A stretch of DNA of 49,950 bases from positions 1-49,950 of the IMG/VR virus record IMGVR_UViG_3300027986_000003; one strand, given 5' to 3'. The translations under genes were made by a program, and so were the position numbers. Positions 18,821 to 27,014 of the stretch are shown one piece after another (positions within the stretch are counted from its first letter, which is position 1; every line of letters starts with the position of its first letter). Origin of the DNA: a virus (lineage: Duplodnaviria; Caudoviricetes). The notes below the pieces were generated by a model, which worked only from the letters and a program-made list of their open reading frames with translations, was not told the origin of the DNA and made no database searches.

Positions 18821-19209
18821 TATTCCCTCCTATCGGCTAGTATAAGTTCTAGCTCTTCTATAGAAGCGTCAGCTTTAAGTCGATTAGCTCTTTGACTTAT
18901 AATTCTGACATTTCCTTTAACATAGCCCTTTGTATTATCAATTCTGTCTACAGATGGTTTATTGCCATATGTTTCAGAATTCAAAGGAATTTTTAAAACA
19001 GGACAAATATTCGGATATATTAAATCTGCTTCATCAAGATTAAATTCTAAACCTCTTTTTAGGGCACTGTCTTTTATTCGCGCTAGCTTAACTTTCATTG
19101 GGTTAAGTTTAGTCTTCCAGTATTTTCGACAGCAAAAATAAGAACAAAAGAGCTGCTTGCCATTGTTCTTTTTAAACTTTTTATTACAAAGTTTGCACTC
19201 AACCATCAC
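18820..19209 (-). CDS. HNH homing endonuclease
   Basis: CKLC...FCS..C N-terminal motif; CPVL...PSVDRIDNTKGYVKGNVRIISQRAN. Confidence 0.88.
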   Translation of the reverse strand: MMVECKLCNKKFKKNNGKQLFCSYFCCRKYWKTKLNPMKVKLARIKDSALKRGLEFNLDEADLIYPNICPVLKIPLNSETYGNKPSVDRIDNTKGYVKGNVRIISQRANRLKADASIEELELILADRRE

Positions 19210-19540
19210 TATTTCTGTCGGGGGGATTTATACCTAGGACTTCATAGTCCTTGTGGGCGTTGCACCATAGTTTGGTGTTGACGTAAATCTCACTTATAGC
19301 ACCACCTATGGATTGATGCAATAGACAAAACAATTCACCTTTGTAAACAAGTTCAAACAGATAAGCCTGAATTGAACCTTTAGGAGCTGTAACGAATACA
19401 GTTCCTATCTCCATATCCTTTAGCCAATTACCACTAGGAGTATCAGGCGGATCACCGTCTTTACCACCAGTGATGACACGAGGAGTCCATGACACAGGTA
19501 TCGGCTCCTTCTCAGGATTGATGTTTTCGACCTTGCTCAT
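19199..19540 (-). CDS. Hypothetical protein
   Basis: 113-aa ORF in operon context. Confidence 0.65.
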   Translation of the reverse strand: MSKVENINPEKEPIPVSWTPRVITGGKDGDPPDTPSGNWLKDMEIGTVFVTAPKGSIQAYLFELVYKGELFCLLHQSIGGAISEIYVNTKLWCNAHKDYEVLGINPPDRNSDG

Positions 19541-19572
19541 TAGATACCCCGTAGGATTGAATTAGAAGCCCA

Positions 19573-19631
19573 CTGGTGCGTTATTTCAGTGGGGCAGTAG
19601 GTAGACCAAGGGTCTAATTATAACGCACCAG
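19573..19631. repeat. 12-bp perfect inverted repeat with 35-bp spacer
   Basis: CTGGTGCGTTAT (19573-19584) and ATAACGCACCAG (19620-19631), intergenic. Confidence 0.8.
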
Positions 19632-19637
19632 CAAGCC

Positions 19638-19814
19638 TTATATACGCTTACTCCACAACGGCATTTCTTTCATTACCGTCTTAATTGTTTTACGCGCTCG
19701 ACCCGTCTTACGTGCTATGACTTTGACGGGCGCTCCTGTTGAAATCTCGTCCAACAGTTCGTTGAAGAGTTTTGACGGAAGGAGTCTGGTCCGTCTTGCT
19801 TTGATTGTTCCCAT
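19638..19814 (-). CDS. Small helix-turn-helix DNA-binding protein (58 aa, not in the ORF track)
   Basis: Manual translation MGTIKARRTRLLPSKLFNELLDEISTGAPVKVIARKTGRARKTIKTVMKEMPLWSKRI; HTH-like VKVIARKTGRARKTI. Confidence 0.6.
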   Translation of the reverse strand: MGTIKARRTRLLPSKLFNELLDEISTGAPVKVIARKTGRARKTIKTVMKEMPLWSKRI

Positions 19815-19861
19815 GGGTTGTTTCCCATTTTTTTACTTGTTCTTGGATCGTATAAGGATCG

Positions 19862-20068
19862 TCATTCCCCATCAGTATCATCTTTCCCCTCAGGTGGTTC
19901 CGGACGATAGAACTTCTCTGCGTCTGCTATCTCCGTGGCATTATAGCCTAATCTAGCGAGAAGAATGAAGAATTCACTTTGTTTAATTTTTCCACTTTGA
20001 TAAGCAGCGCAGGTATCTTCGTATATCTCCTTCGCCTCTTCATCAGAGAGGCTGGCTCTCCAGTTCAT
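19862..20068 (-). CDS. Hypothetical protein
   Basis: 68 aa with GGAG RBS, overlapping the helicase end. Confidence 0.65.
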   Translation of the reverse strand: MNWRASLSDEEAKEIYEDTCAAYQSGKIKQSEFFILLARLGYNATEIADAEKFYRPEPPEGKDDTDGE

Positions 20069-21656
20069 CGGTTTGTCTCCATAGTGGAACGAGTGGGGGC
20101 ATAGGCCCGGTTAACTCTGTCGCAACTACATCAACTATACCTAAATCTTCTGATAAAGTATGTGTCTGCATATTAAATAACAGCTGTCCGGCGGGACCTG
20201 TCATCGAGGTCGGGCGGTTCTTTGTAACCGTGAGTTTAGTAGTCAACCTCGTCCGTTCGTCGATAGCAGAGATATCCCTGTCGATATCGATACGGACGTG
20301 GCAGTTCTTTGCAATCATCCGTGAACCTCTAGTCTGACCATTGTCATTGACATGACTGACCATGATCAGACCGAAGTCCAACTCTTGCGTCATCAGCTCT
20401 AGTCTTGCTGAGAGGTATTCGAGAGCTTCTCTCTCTCGATCTCCGCCAAGACCAGCAACGGCCAGAGAAATAAGGTCAAAGAAAATCCAACGACAGCCGC
20501 GCGCAGTAACGAGAAACCTGATAGTGTCGATAATACTGTCTGCGCTGTCAGAACCAAAATGATTATAGACGTACAAACGATCGTCGGTAGGCACCACTCG
20601 CTTGAAAGCACTGACCGTCTCGCTAGGTTCACAACCGCAGTCCGGAAGGTGGACTGGCCTTTGGAGTTCAATTCCTGCCAGCGCTTGTAGTAACCGCTGC
20701 TTTGACTCTTCAATGAAGATCGCACCGACTGCATCTGTTGTCTCCTTTAGAAGGTGATGAAGCATTGTATGCATAACTTCCGTCTTACCGACTCCTTCTT
20801 GAGCAGTCAGTAGTACGACTTCGCCTGTCCTCATTCCGTAAGTCATATTGTTCAATGTAGGGAATGGATAGGATACGCCGTACTTGACGGGCTTGAGTAG
20901 TTCTTTCTCGAAGTCAGACAACGAAGAGATTAGATTGTCTGGGAGGAACTTCTTAGCGTTCCACCAAATCTCTCTTAGTTCTCTGTCTTCTCCGGCTTGG
21001 AGATAATCGTTTGCATCTTTTCGATTACCGCCGGGGAAACGGACGTCATAAACTTTGTTGTAGTCGAAGAGACGAGCGACTTCAGCTGCTGCAGCCCGGC
21101 CCGGTTCATCTCCGTCAAACGCAAGGTAAATGCGTTCAAATGAGTTGAGGTAGGATCGGTCAATTGATGCGTCCAAGCGAGCAGACCCACTAGAACGTAC
21201 ACTAACAACAGGCGACTTAAGAACCTGATAGAGCGATAAAGCATCTAACTCCCCTTCGGTTATCGTCACAGACCGGTTGCTACCGGGGCCGAACTTATTA
21301 CGACCAAATAAACCAGCTTTTTGAATATCCCCTTTAGTATAGAAACCCTTTTCTCCAAGGGTACGGATTTTGAATGCTCCATTTGAATATGGATAGCCTT
21401 GCTCAAAAGGCTTTCCGTCAGCATCAATTTTTGTTCGTACGTCATAGAATTTAAAAGTTTCTGAATTAATGCCTCGTGTTGGGAGGTATTCATAAGTATA
21501 ATTCGTCAAATCAATACCATCTTTAGGCTTGTAATAATTACATGAATAACAATACCCATGCCCGTCCTCATACGTACAATACGCGTCTGAAGACGGGCAT
21601 ACCGGGCAAGATATGTGGAGATCAACGATTTTGGAATTGGTAGAATTGCTTGGCAT
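20043..21656 (-). CDS. DNA primase-helicase (T7 gp4-like)
   Basis: CPVC..SDA...GHGYCYSC zinc finger; TOPRIM ITEGELD and FDGD; Walker A AQEGVGKT; KNR motif. Confidence 0.95.
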   Translation of the reverse strand: MPSNSTNSKIVDLHISCPVCPSSDAYCTYEDGHGYCYSCNYYKPKDGIDLTNYTYEYLPTRGINSETFKFYDVRTKIDADGKPFEQGYPYSNGAFKIRTLGEKGFYTKGDIQKAGLFGRNKFGPGSNRSVTITEGELDALSLYQVLKSPVVSVRSSGSARLDASIDRSYLNSFERIYLAFDGDEPGRAAAAEVARLFDYNKVYDVRFPGGNRKDANDYLQAGEDRELREIWWNAKKFLPDNLISSLSDFEKELLKPVKYGVSYPFPTLNNMTYGMRTGEVVLLTAQEGVGKTEVMHTMLHHLLKETTDAVGAIFIEESKQRLLQALAGIELQRPVHLPDCGCEPSETVSAFKRVVPTDDRLYVYNHFGSDSADSIIDTIRFLVTARGCRWIFFDLISLAVAGLGGDREREALEYLSARLELMTQELDFGLIMVSHVNDNGQTRGSRMIAKNCHVRIDIDRDISAIDERTRLTTKLTVTKNRPTSMTGPAGQLLFNMQTHTLSEDLGIVDVVATELTGPMPPLVPLWRQTDELESQPL

Positions 21657-22257
21657 ACTTCCGATTGCCTTCGCGTAGCTCTAGCTGCGCACCGGCGAAG
21701 ACACCACCGATCTGGGCATCCCAATAGTCTTCGATGCCGAGATAAGCCCATGCCGGGATGATAGCCCGGACGTGGAAGTCTCCGAGCGTTGGGTATCCGT
21801 TCTTCCCACGCCATGCGACCTCAGCCGCAGGGAGAATGATCTTGATACGTTGACGCCGGAACTGTATACCATTTTGCTTATGGCTGTCAAGCAAAATAAA
21901 CTGCTCGGGATGAATTTTCCACAACTCACCTCTAATACGAGCTGGCTCGACTGGCCATCGAACGAACCCGGTAGGACGATAAGTCTCTGGGAGAGGGATA
22001 GGATATGACTCTTTCCCTAAATCCTTCTTCCAGAGAGTAAACGGTGCCTCTGTGTAACACGTTGGATGTTCCGGTAGCTGAGTGAAACTCGCCTCAACTG
22101 CCAAGTCCCTTTCGTTTTCATCCCCCATTACGAACAGATGTTGCCATTTATATTGGCCCAGCCGCCACATATCGGGAGTAATATCCGGACGAATCAAATC
22201 AACTGCAGGAGCTTGTTCCGGGACACGCCCCATAAGTTTCCGCGCAAGTTTTAGCAT
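21622..22257 (-). CDS. Gamma-glutamylcyclotransferase-like (GGCT/AIG2) protein, divergent
   Basis: HLFVMGD, ARIRGELWKI..LLD....NG.QFRRQRIKI..AWAY pattern; GGAG RBS before the ATG at 22257. Confidence 0.6.
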   Translation of the reverse strand: MLKLARKLMGRVPEQAPAVDLIRPDITPDMWRLGQYKWQHLFVMGDENERDLAVEASFTQLPEHPTCYTEAPFTLWKKDLGKESYPIPLPETYRPTGFVRWPVEPARIRGELWKIHPEQFILLDSHKQNGIQFRRQRIKIILPAAEVAWRGKNGYPTLGDFHVRAIIPAWAYLGIEDYWDAQIGGVFAGAQLELREGNRKYAKQFYQFQNR

Positions 22258-22270
22258 TGACTTCTCCGTT

Positions 22271-22370
22271 GAAAAAGGAAGGGGTGATGACTTCCCTCGA
22301 TCCGCCGCAGCGTAGCCACCACCCCCGAGCATACTCTTCGCACACTCCACCGGTCGTCGCTCAACCGGTG
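22271..22370 (-). ncRNA. Intergenic three-hairpin RNA element ending in a U-rich tract
   Basis: CACCGGT/ACCGGTG, GAGTGTGC/GTATGCTC and GGGGTGGTGGCT/AGTCATCACCCC stems with several G-U pairs on the minus strand. Confidence 0.55.
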
Positions 22371-22379
22371 CCTAGGTGA

Positions 22380-23807
22380 TTAGGCTACCTGCTTCTGAGG
22401 AAACAGGGACTTCTTTGCAGGCTTGAGTTCTTCATGAGCAAGCTCATGCTTTTCCTCGGCCGTGACCTTGCTGAGTTTGTACGTGAAGGCCATATTCTTG
22501 AAGGCCCAGCAGAGATTGGCCATGAGTTCGGCATTCTCTGTTGCGATCTTCTTGTACTGACTGAACGGCAGTCGGGCAAAGTCCGACAATCCGTCCTTCA
22601 AACCAAGCTGTTCGCCGAAGCCTGCGATCTTAATCTCTTGACCTTTGGCATCCTTGGGTTCGGAGATAGGATCGCCGTTCTCAGCAATCAGCTTCTTGAC
22701 ATCCTCCTTGCGGAGGTAGTCATGGGCATACTCCCGTGTCTTCGGAGACATGATCGGAAGAACGGCGTCAGTAACAGCCGGACCAGTCGGTCGTTCGTTA
22801 CCCGTGACGTTGTTCGGTTCCGTGTCCTTGCCTTCGGCACGACCGGGATTGTTCAGCTTAGGAACACCGACGGCGTCGATGCCAAGCTTCTTGATCTCAG
22901 AAAGGAAAACAGTTTGGTTGGTCTTGGGATCAACCCAACATTCAATAGCGATGTTTTGTTCCCAGCCTTTTGGACAGTATCCGATACGACGCTGGTAGAA
23001 CATCTTGCGGTCTTTTCGGGAGTCCGAAGCTTTCGGCGCTTCCTTCCGTATAGTAAAATTTTGTACGGCAGTAGCTCCTGCAGTAGGTGCTGGCGATACA
23101 GCCGTGCCGGGAGGCACGAACTTCTCGCGTGTGGTGGACTTACTGGGGAACAGACTCTTCTTCTCCGGTGGCTTCTCAGCCTTCGGCTCTTCGGGTTTGG
23201 CTAATGCATACCCGTAGTTCCTGCTCACCCATCCCCACTTATACTCGGACGAACCCTCGCCAGTAGCGAAGGTAAGAGCCTTGCCGTTGGCCGCGACGAA
23301 TGTGACACAGCCACGAGGATTGGCGTGTAGTAGCAGGTCCTTCTTGAAGCCGGGCTTCTCGATGAAAGACATCAGCTTCGGGAGGTCGTTGTCGCAAAGT
23401 TCCCAAAGGTCATTGACCTTCGGTTGAAGATAATCCTGTAGGAAATGGTATTCCGAAGGATGCGAACTGTCTGTCTTCGTAAAGCCGGGGAACGATCCCT
23501 CGATGAATGCAACCAACAAAGGTGCGTCGTCCTTCTCCAACAACCAGAACGGGGAGACATCGTCCATGTTAATGGCGGACTCGGAGTTACAGAGATAGAA
23601 GAAGATATCCCTGTTTTCGAAATCCTTGAGAGTATCCTGAAGGACTTCGATGTCCATCGTGCTGTCGCCGGAACTGGTCATTAACCCGTCCGGCGTAACG
23701 ATAGCGCAGCCCCATGCTGTGGGGTTTTCCTTGATCGCTATCTTGAGGTAGTCTTCCGGAATGGCCAGTGACGCATTCCGTTTGATTGTAACACCCGATT
23801 GAGCCAT
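22380..23807 (-). CDS. Protein with degenerate class II glutamine amidotransferase-like N-terminal domain and long C-terminal extension
   Basis: ENPTAWGCA and SPF..LLVAFIEGSF..SEY fall at GATase-II motif positions, but there is no N-terminal Cys; GGAG RBS before the ATG at 23807. Confidence 0.5.
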   Translation of the reverse strand: MAQSGVTIKRNASLAIPEDYLKIAIKENPTAWGCAIVTPDGLMTSSGDSTMDIEVLQDTLKDFENRDIFFYLCNSESAINMDDVSPFWLLEKDDAPLLVAFIEGSFPGFTKTDSSHPSEYHFLQDYLQPKVNDLWELCDNDLPKLMSFIEKPGFKKDLLLHANPRGCVTFVAANGKALTFATGEGSSEYKWGWVSRNYGYALAKPEEPKAEKPPEKKSLFPSKSTTREKFVPPGTAVSPAPTAGATAVQNFTIRKEAPKASDSRKDRKMFYQRRIGYCPKGWEQNIAIECWVDPKTNQTVFLSEIKKLGIDAVGVPKLNNPGRAEGKDTEPNNVTGNERPTGPAVTDAVLPIMSPKTREYAHDYLRKEDVKKLIAENGDPISEPKDAKGQEIKIAGFGEQLGLKDGLSDFARLPFSQYKKIATENAELMANLCWAFKNMAFTYKLSKVTAEEKHELAHEELKPAKKSLFPQKQVA

Positions 23808-23864
23808 TCTGTGTCTCCATCTATGGCCTGTGAGAGATTGGATCGTCCTAAACTTCGTAGTCAT

Positions 23865-24323
23865 CTACATGACAACCCGTTTAGGGGAGTTGTCAAATAG
23901 GTTCTTTGGCCTAACCGTTGGTTTCTTATCCGGAAAGTTAGGCGTAACATGAGTCCCTAGTCGCTTCCGAATATTCTCCTTAAGCAACTCAGGTTTGGGA
24001 AAGAGATTGCGAATCGGGAACAGCTGCTTCATCCGTCGATAAATCTCACTGGCCTCTTGACGCGTGATCTGCCCGTTGTAGACGTGCATTTCAACACTAT
24101 CAACAAACTCTTGTGTGACTAAGTTATCGACGAACTGCTGTCGTGCCCTGCGTAGCATTCGCTTCCCCCGATTGAATCCACGAGGTTGGAAGTGAATCCA
24201 CCCCGGTTCATTGTTCTGTGATGCAGCAAACGTCAACAGTAGGATTACGCCAACCCCGATCCATACTATTGCGTTTTGTTGGAAGTGATTAACTACAAGT
24301 TCCCATAGCGGCTCCCATTTCAT
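23865..24323 (-). CDS. Membrane-anchored hypothetical protein
   Basis: GGAG RBS before MKWEPL; hydrophobic AIVWIGVGVILLLTFAA segment. Confidence 0.65.
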   Translation of the reverse strand: MKWEPLWELVVNHFQQNAIVWIGVGVILLLTFAASQNNEPGWIHFQPRGFNRGKRMLRRARQQFVDNLVTQEFVDSVEMHVYNGQITRQEASEIYRRMKQLFPIRNLFPKPELLKENIRKRLGTHVTPNFPDKKPTVRPKNLFDNSPKRVVM

Positions 24324-24336
24324 GTGTTGTCTCCGA

Positions 24337-24603
24337 GGCAAAATTGCCTAACGCTAGGGCCAAAGCCCTAGCAAAAGCTTAAGCTGAAATAGTCGGTCTG
24401 AATTCAACCACTGTAATCGGAGGCTGAGACCGCTTAATATCATGCGTGACTTCGGCAAGGTAACAGTTACCGACCTTACCGTGCCGAAGCTGCTCAGAAG
24501 CCCACTCAAGTGCTTCTTCCTTCGTTTTGATGCCGCTGTTCTGGTTCGAAGCGAAGGCTACATAACGTTGCATGAAATCCTCCTTGTTGGCAAAATTGCC
24601 TAA
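24337..24603 (-). repeat. 15-bp direct repeat/hairpin upstream of two consecutive RBSs
   Basis: GGCAAAATTGCCTAA at 24337-24351 and 24589-24603. Confidence 0.75.
24379..24573 (-). CDS. Hypothetical protein
   Basis: 64 aa with strong AAGGAGG RBS. Confidence 0.75.
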   Translation of the reverse strand: MQRYVAFASNQNSGIKTKEEALEWASEQLRHGKVGNCYLAEVTHDIKRSQPPITVVEFRPTISA

Positions 24604-24622
24604 TGAAAAAATTAAGACATAA

Positions 24623-24713
24623 TGGTGCCCGCGACAGGGCTCGAACCTGCACCGTCGTCATAGTTCCGGGCGGATTTTAAGTCCGCTGCGTCTACCAATT
24701 TCGCCACGCGGGC
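24623..24713 (-). tRNA. tRNA-Leu (anticodon TAA), CCA encoded
   Basis: GCCCGCG acceptor, TGGCGAAATTGGTAGACGC D-arm, GCGGA-CTTAAAA-TCCGC anticodon arm, long variable arm, GCAGG-TTCGAGC-CCTGT T-arm, ACCA end. Confidence 0.95.
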
Positions 24714-24732
24714 AGTTACACATCTACAGGGG

Positions 24733-24787
24733 AAAGAAAATCCCCAGAGCAGGGAGCGTCGGGGGCAAAGCGCTGTACTCTGGGGAT
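24733..24787 (-). terminator. Long hairpin with U-rich tail upstream of tRNA-Leu
   Basis: ATCCCCAGAG/CTCTGGGGAT 10-bp stem followed on the minus strand by TTTCTTT. Confidence 0.55.
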
Positions 24788-24811
24788 AAGCCGTAGCAGC
24801 AGGGGCACGTG

Positions 24812-25363
24812 CTACGGAGTTACCATGGGGAGTTGCTCAACCCATAGAATTCTCTTTAGACGGAGAAACGTCATAGCGGTTTGTCTACTTCCGTAGTCAC
24901 GGCTCCGCTTTATTATTTTTCTCTCGAAATCTAGTTCTACAAAGAACCAGATTGCGCCGTGGAAATACAAGTCAAGTACGGCTAATTCATCTGCCAGTAG
25001 CCTGACTTTATTGGTAGCCGGAGTATCCCACCACACCTTTGCGTATCGTGGGTCCTTCACCAAGCCTAGAACCTCCGCTAAGGTTCTAGGTTCAAATGAA
25101 GTCGGAACGCGGTCGTAGTACGATTGCATACGCTCCTTATCCGGTCCTCGCCCGGTATTAATCACTTGTTTACTGAACGATTTAACTCCAACGAACACAG
25201 TCTTACTCTTGACGCGGACTTTGTCCTCGCCTTCGTGTTCAAGGTATTGAATTGTTTTCTCGTTTTCCCCACGGATGTGCTTCACGCTGCTGCCACTGAA
25301 TATGGCATAGCGTCCCCGGCGTTTCCGCTTTAGTATCTTCTGTTGGATTGTTCTGTTAGCCAT
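24812..25363 (-). CDS. Hypothetical basic protein
   Basis: 183 aa, first gene after the promoter at 25387-25415. Confidence 0.7.
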   Translation of the reverse strand: MANRTIQQKILKRKRRGRYAIFSGSSVKHIRGENEKTIQYLEHEGEDKVRVKSKTVFVGVKSFSKQVINTGRGPDKERMQSYYDRVPTSFEPRTLAEVLGLVKDPRYAKVWWDTPATNKVRLLADELAVLDLYFHGAIWFFVELDFERKIIKRSRDYGSRQTAMTFLRLKRILWVEQLPMVTP

Positions 25364-25386
25364 CTCTTATTCCCCGATTATCCCTA

Positions 25387-25415
25387 ATAGTAGCAAAGGT
25401 AAGATGGTAAGTCAA
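25387..25415 (-). promoter_or_regulatory. Sigma70-type promoter
   Basis: TTGACT-17 bp-TACTAT with a TG extension. Confidence 0.7.
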
Positions 25416-25467
25416 ATCGGTTTCTGAACGGAATCAAAGGAATCTTGAGATTGTCATGAAATAAGTC

Positions 25468-25496
25468 TTGACAACCTCATTTTCCAGTGATATGCT
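25468..25496 (+). promoter_or_regulatory. Sigma70-type promoter facing antisense to the early genes
   Basis: TTGACA-17 bp-TATGCT with a TG extension. Confidence 0.6.
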
Positions 25497-25523
25497 GCGC
25501 GAACTCCTGCGCCGGTTTGATTA

Positions 25524-25763
25524 CTATTCCTGTACTTCTGCATCCTCCTTGTCTGTAATCATTATAATGATCTCAGACGCAGTAGGATACAGTGTCTCTA
25601 TAGCCGCACCTATGTCAGACATAGGTGTACTTACAGGGACTTCGTGTAACCAGACGTAACCTTCGTCATTACGTCCGTCTTCGATTTCAATTCGGTAAAA
25701 TAGTGGCATGATGCGTCTCCGTAGCGACCTGTCACGGTCAGTGAATGAAAGTGTGGATGTCAT
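25524..25763 (-). CDS. Hypothetical protein (start may be 25709)
   Basis: Acidic ORF; GGAG precedes the internal MPLFY start. Confidence 0.55.
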   Translation of the reverse strand: MTSTLSFTDRDRSLRRRIMPLFYRIEIEDGRNDEGYVWLHEVPVSTPMSDIGAAIETLYPTASEIIIMITDKEDAEVQE

Positions 25764-25839
25764 GGGCCTGTTTCCATGCTTTACGGTTGGACTGGGGGGG
25801 CACTAGTTGCTTTCGCGGCACGACTAGCATCCACGGGGA

Positions 25840-26253
25840 TCAGAACAAATCCTTAGTCGGCTCGACGTGCTTGTGTTCTTCGAGCGTACGCAATATACGA
25901 ATACTCAATTCATCATAACTCCGGACAGCAGATTCAAGAGAAGCACAGGCTTCTCTGTACTTATCAGCCATCTGGTCAAACTGGTCTGCCCGCTGACGCA
26001 TCAGCGTAGCGCGATGTCGAAGTCTCCCAGCGACGTCATCATTCTGGACATCAACATCACGAAGATAACGATAGTGGTCAATGACGAGATCACTATCAGC
26101 ACCCGCTCTGTCTGCTGCATCGAGTATCTCCTGCATACTCATAACCTCTGGTTGAGGAATGTGATGGGGTGTAACATCTTTTCTCCTTCGAAGAGAAAGT
26201 TTAGTATTATCAAGAATCGAACGAACTTCAGCGTTAAAGTTAATCTCAGTCAT
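25840..26253 (-). CDS. Hypothetical coiled-coil protein
   Basis: GGAGG RBS before MTEINF. Confidence 0.7.
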   Translation of the reverse strand: MTEINFNAEVRSILDNTKLSLRRRKDVTPHHIPQPEVMSMQEILDAADRAGADSDLVIDHYRYLRDVDVQNDDVAGRLRHRATLMRQRADQFDQMADKYREACASLESAVRSYDELSIRILRTLEEHKHVEPTKDLF

Positions 26254-26310
26254 CGTTGCCTCCGATATTAGGATAAGGATGGGCGGCGGGTGATACACCG
26301 CCCAAGAGAG

Positions 26311-26490
26311 TTACGCCTCGACAGTCTCGCTGGCGAGAACTTCGACGATTGCACCGCCAGCAGAAATGATGTCCTCGAATGAGAGTTCACCACTCATAAT
26401 AGCTTCGTGCTCTTCCTTCTGGATATCCTCCAGAGTTGTCTTCTCACCCTCGTAAGGGTAATCGACAATAACCTTGCATCGGTATCCCAT
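26311..26490 (-). CDS. Small acidic hypothetical protein (59 aa)
   Basis: Manual translation MGYRCKVIVDYPYEGEKTT...ETVEA; AGGAG RBS. Confidence 0.65.
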   Translation of the reverse strand: MGYRCKVIVDYPYEGEKTTLEDIQKEEHEAIMSGELSFEDIISAGGAIVEVLASETVEA

Positions 26491-26499
26491 TCCATTCTC

Positions 26500-26712
26500 C
26501 TATGTCAGGATGAAGACGCCACCATAGGCGTCAGTCCATGAATCCGTGAACTCACTGTATTCATAGAATACTAGTTCACGGTCATACCTCACGATGACTT
26601 CATCTGGTCCGTCATCGTAGAGGATACGTTCGACGAAGCCGTTAGCTAGGAGAGGCATACGGCTTCTGTCGTTAACCGGATCACCGGGTCTAGGCTTGTG
26701 TGTCATTTCCAC
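26500..26712 (-). CDS. Hypothetical protein
   Basis: 70-aa ORF in the early cluster. Confidence 0.6.
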   Translation of the reverse strand: MEMTHKPRPGDPVNDRSRMPLLANGFVERILYDDGPDEVIVRYDRELVFYEYSEFTDSWTDAYGGVFILT

Positions 26713-27014
26713 ACAGTCCTTATCTGTGGATAGAAAATCTTATAAACACGAAGCTTGTATCTAACACGAGGCTTGTCTTCCTTCGGAAGTCTCACGTTAA
26801 TGCTTCGATTGACCGCAATCTGATGAAGAGTTTTAGCGCGCAAATACTGTTTCTCTGAATAAGATAACGGTTGTCTGCGGGGGCGTTGTTTAGTTTGATA
26901 TAAAAGATTATACCAACGCATCATCAATCCTCCGCTTGCGTAATAGAAAGAAACGAGCAGCCATGTCTCGGTATTGATGGTAATGCCAGACTGCGCTGTC
27001 ACTTCCATCTTCAC
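26703..27014 (-). CDS. Hypothetical basic protein (start probably near 26925)
   Basis: GGAGG precedes MMRWYN; the upstream part overlaps another ORF. Confidence 0.45.
   Translation of the reverse strand: MKMEVTAQSGITINTETWLLVSFYYASGGLMMRWYNLLYQTKQRPRRQPLSYSEKQYLRAKTLHQIAVNRSINVRLPKEDKPRVRYKLRVYKIFYPQIRTVWK

Noticed and set aside
22434-23204. 256-aa plus-strand ORF and similar antisense ORFs (9710-10165, 29370-29882)
   Set aside because: Shadow frames of codon-biased minus-strand genes.
24623-24713. tRNA as an attP/integration site
   Set aside because: No integrase or repressor was recognised, and there is no duplicated tRNA 3' end.
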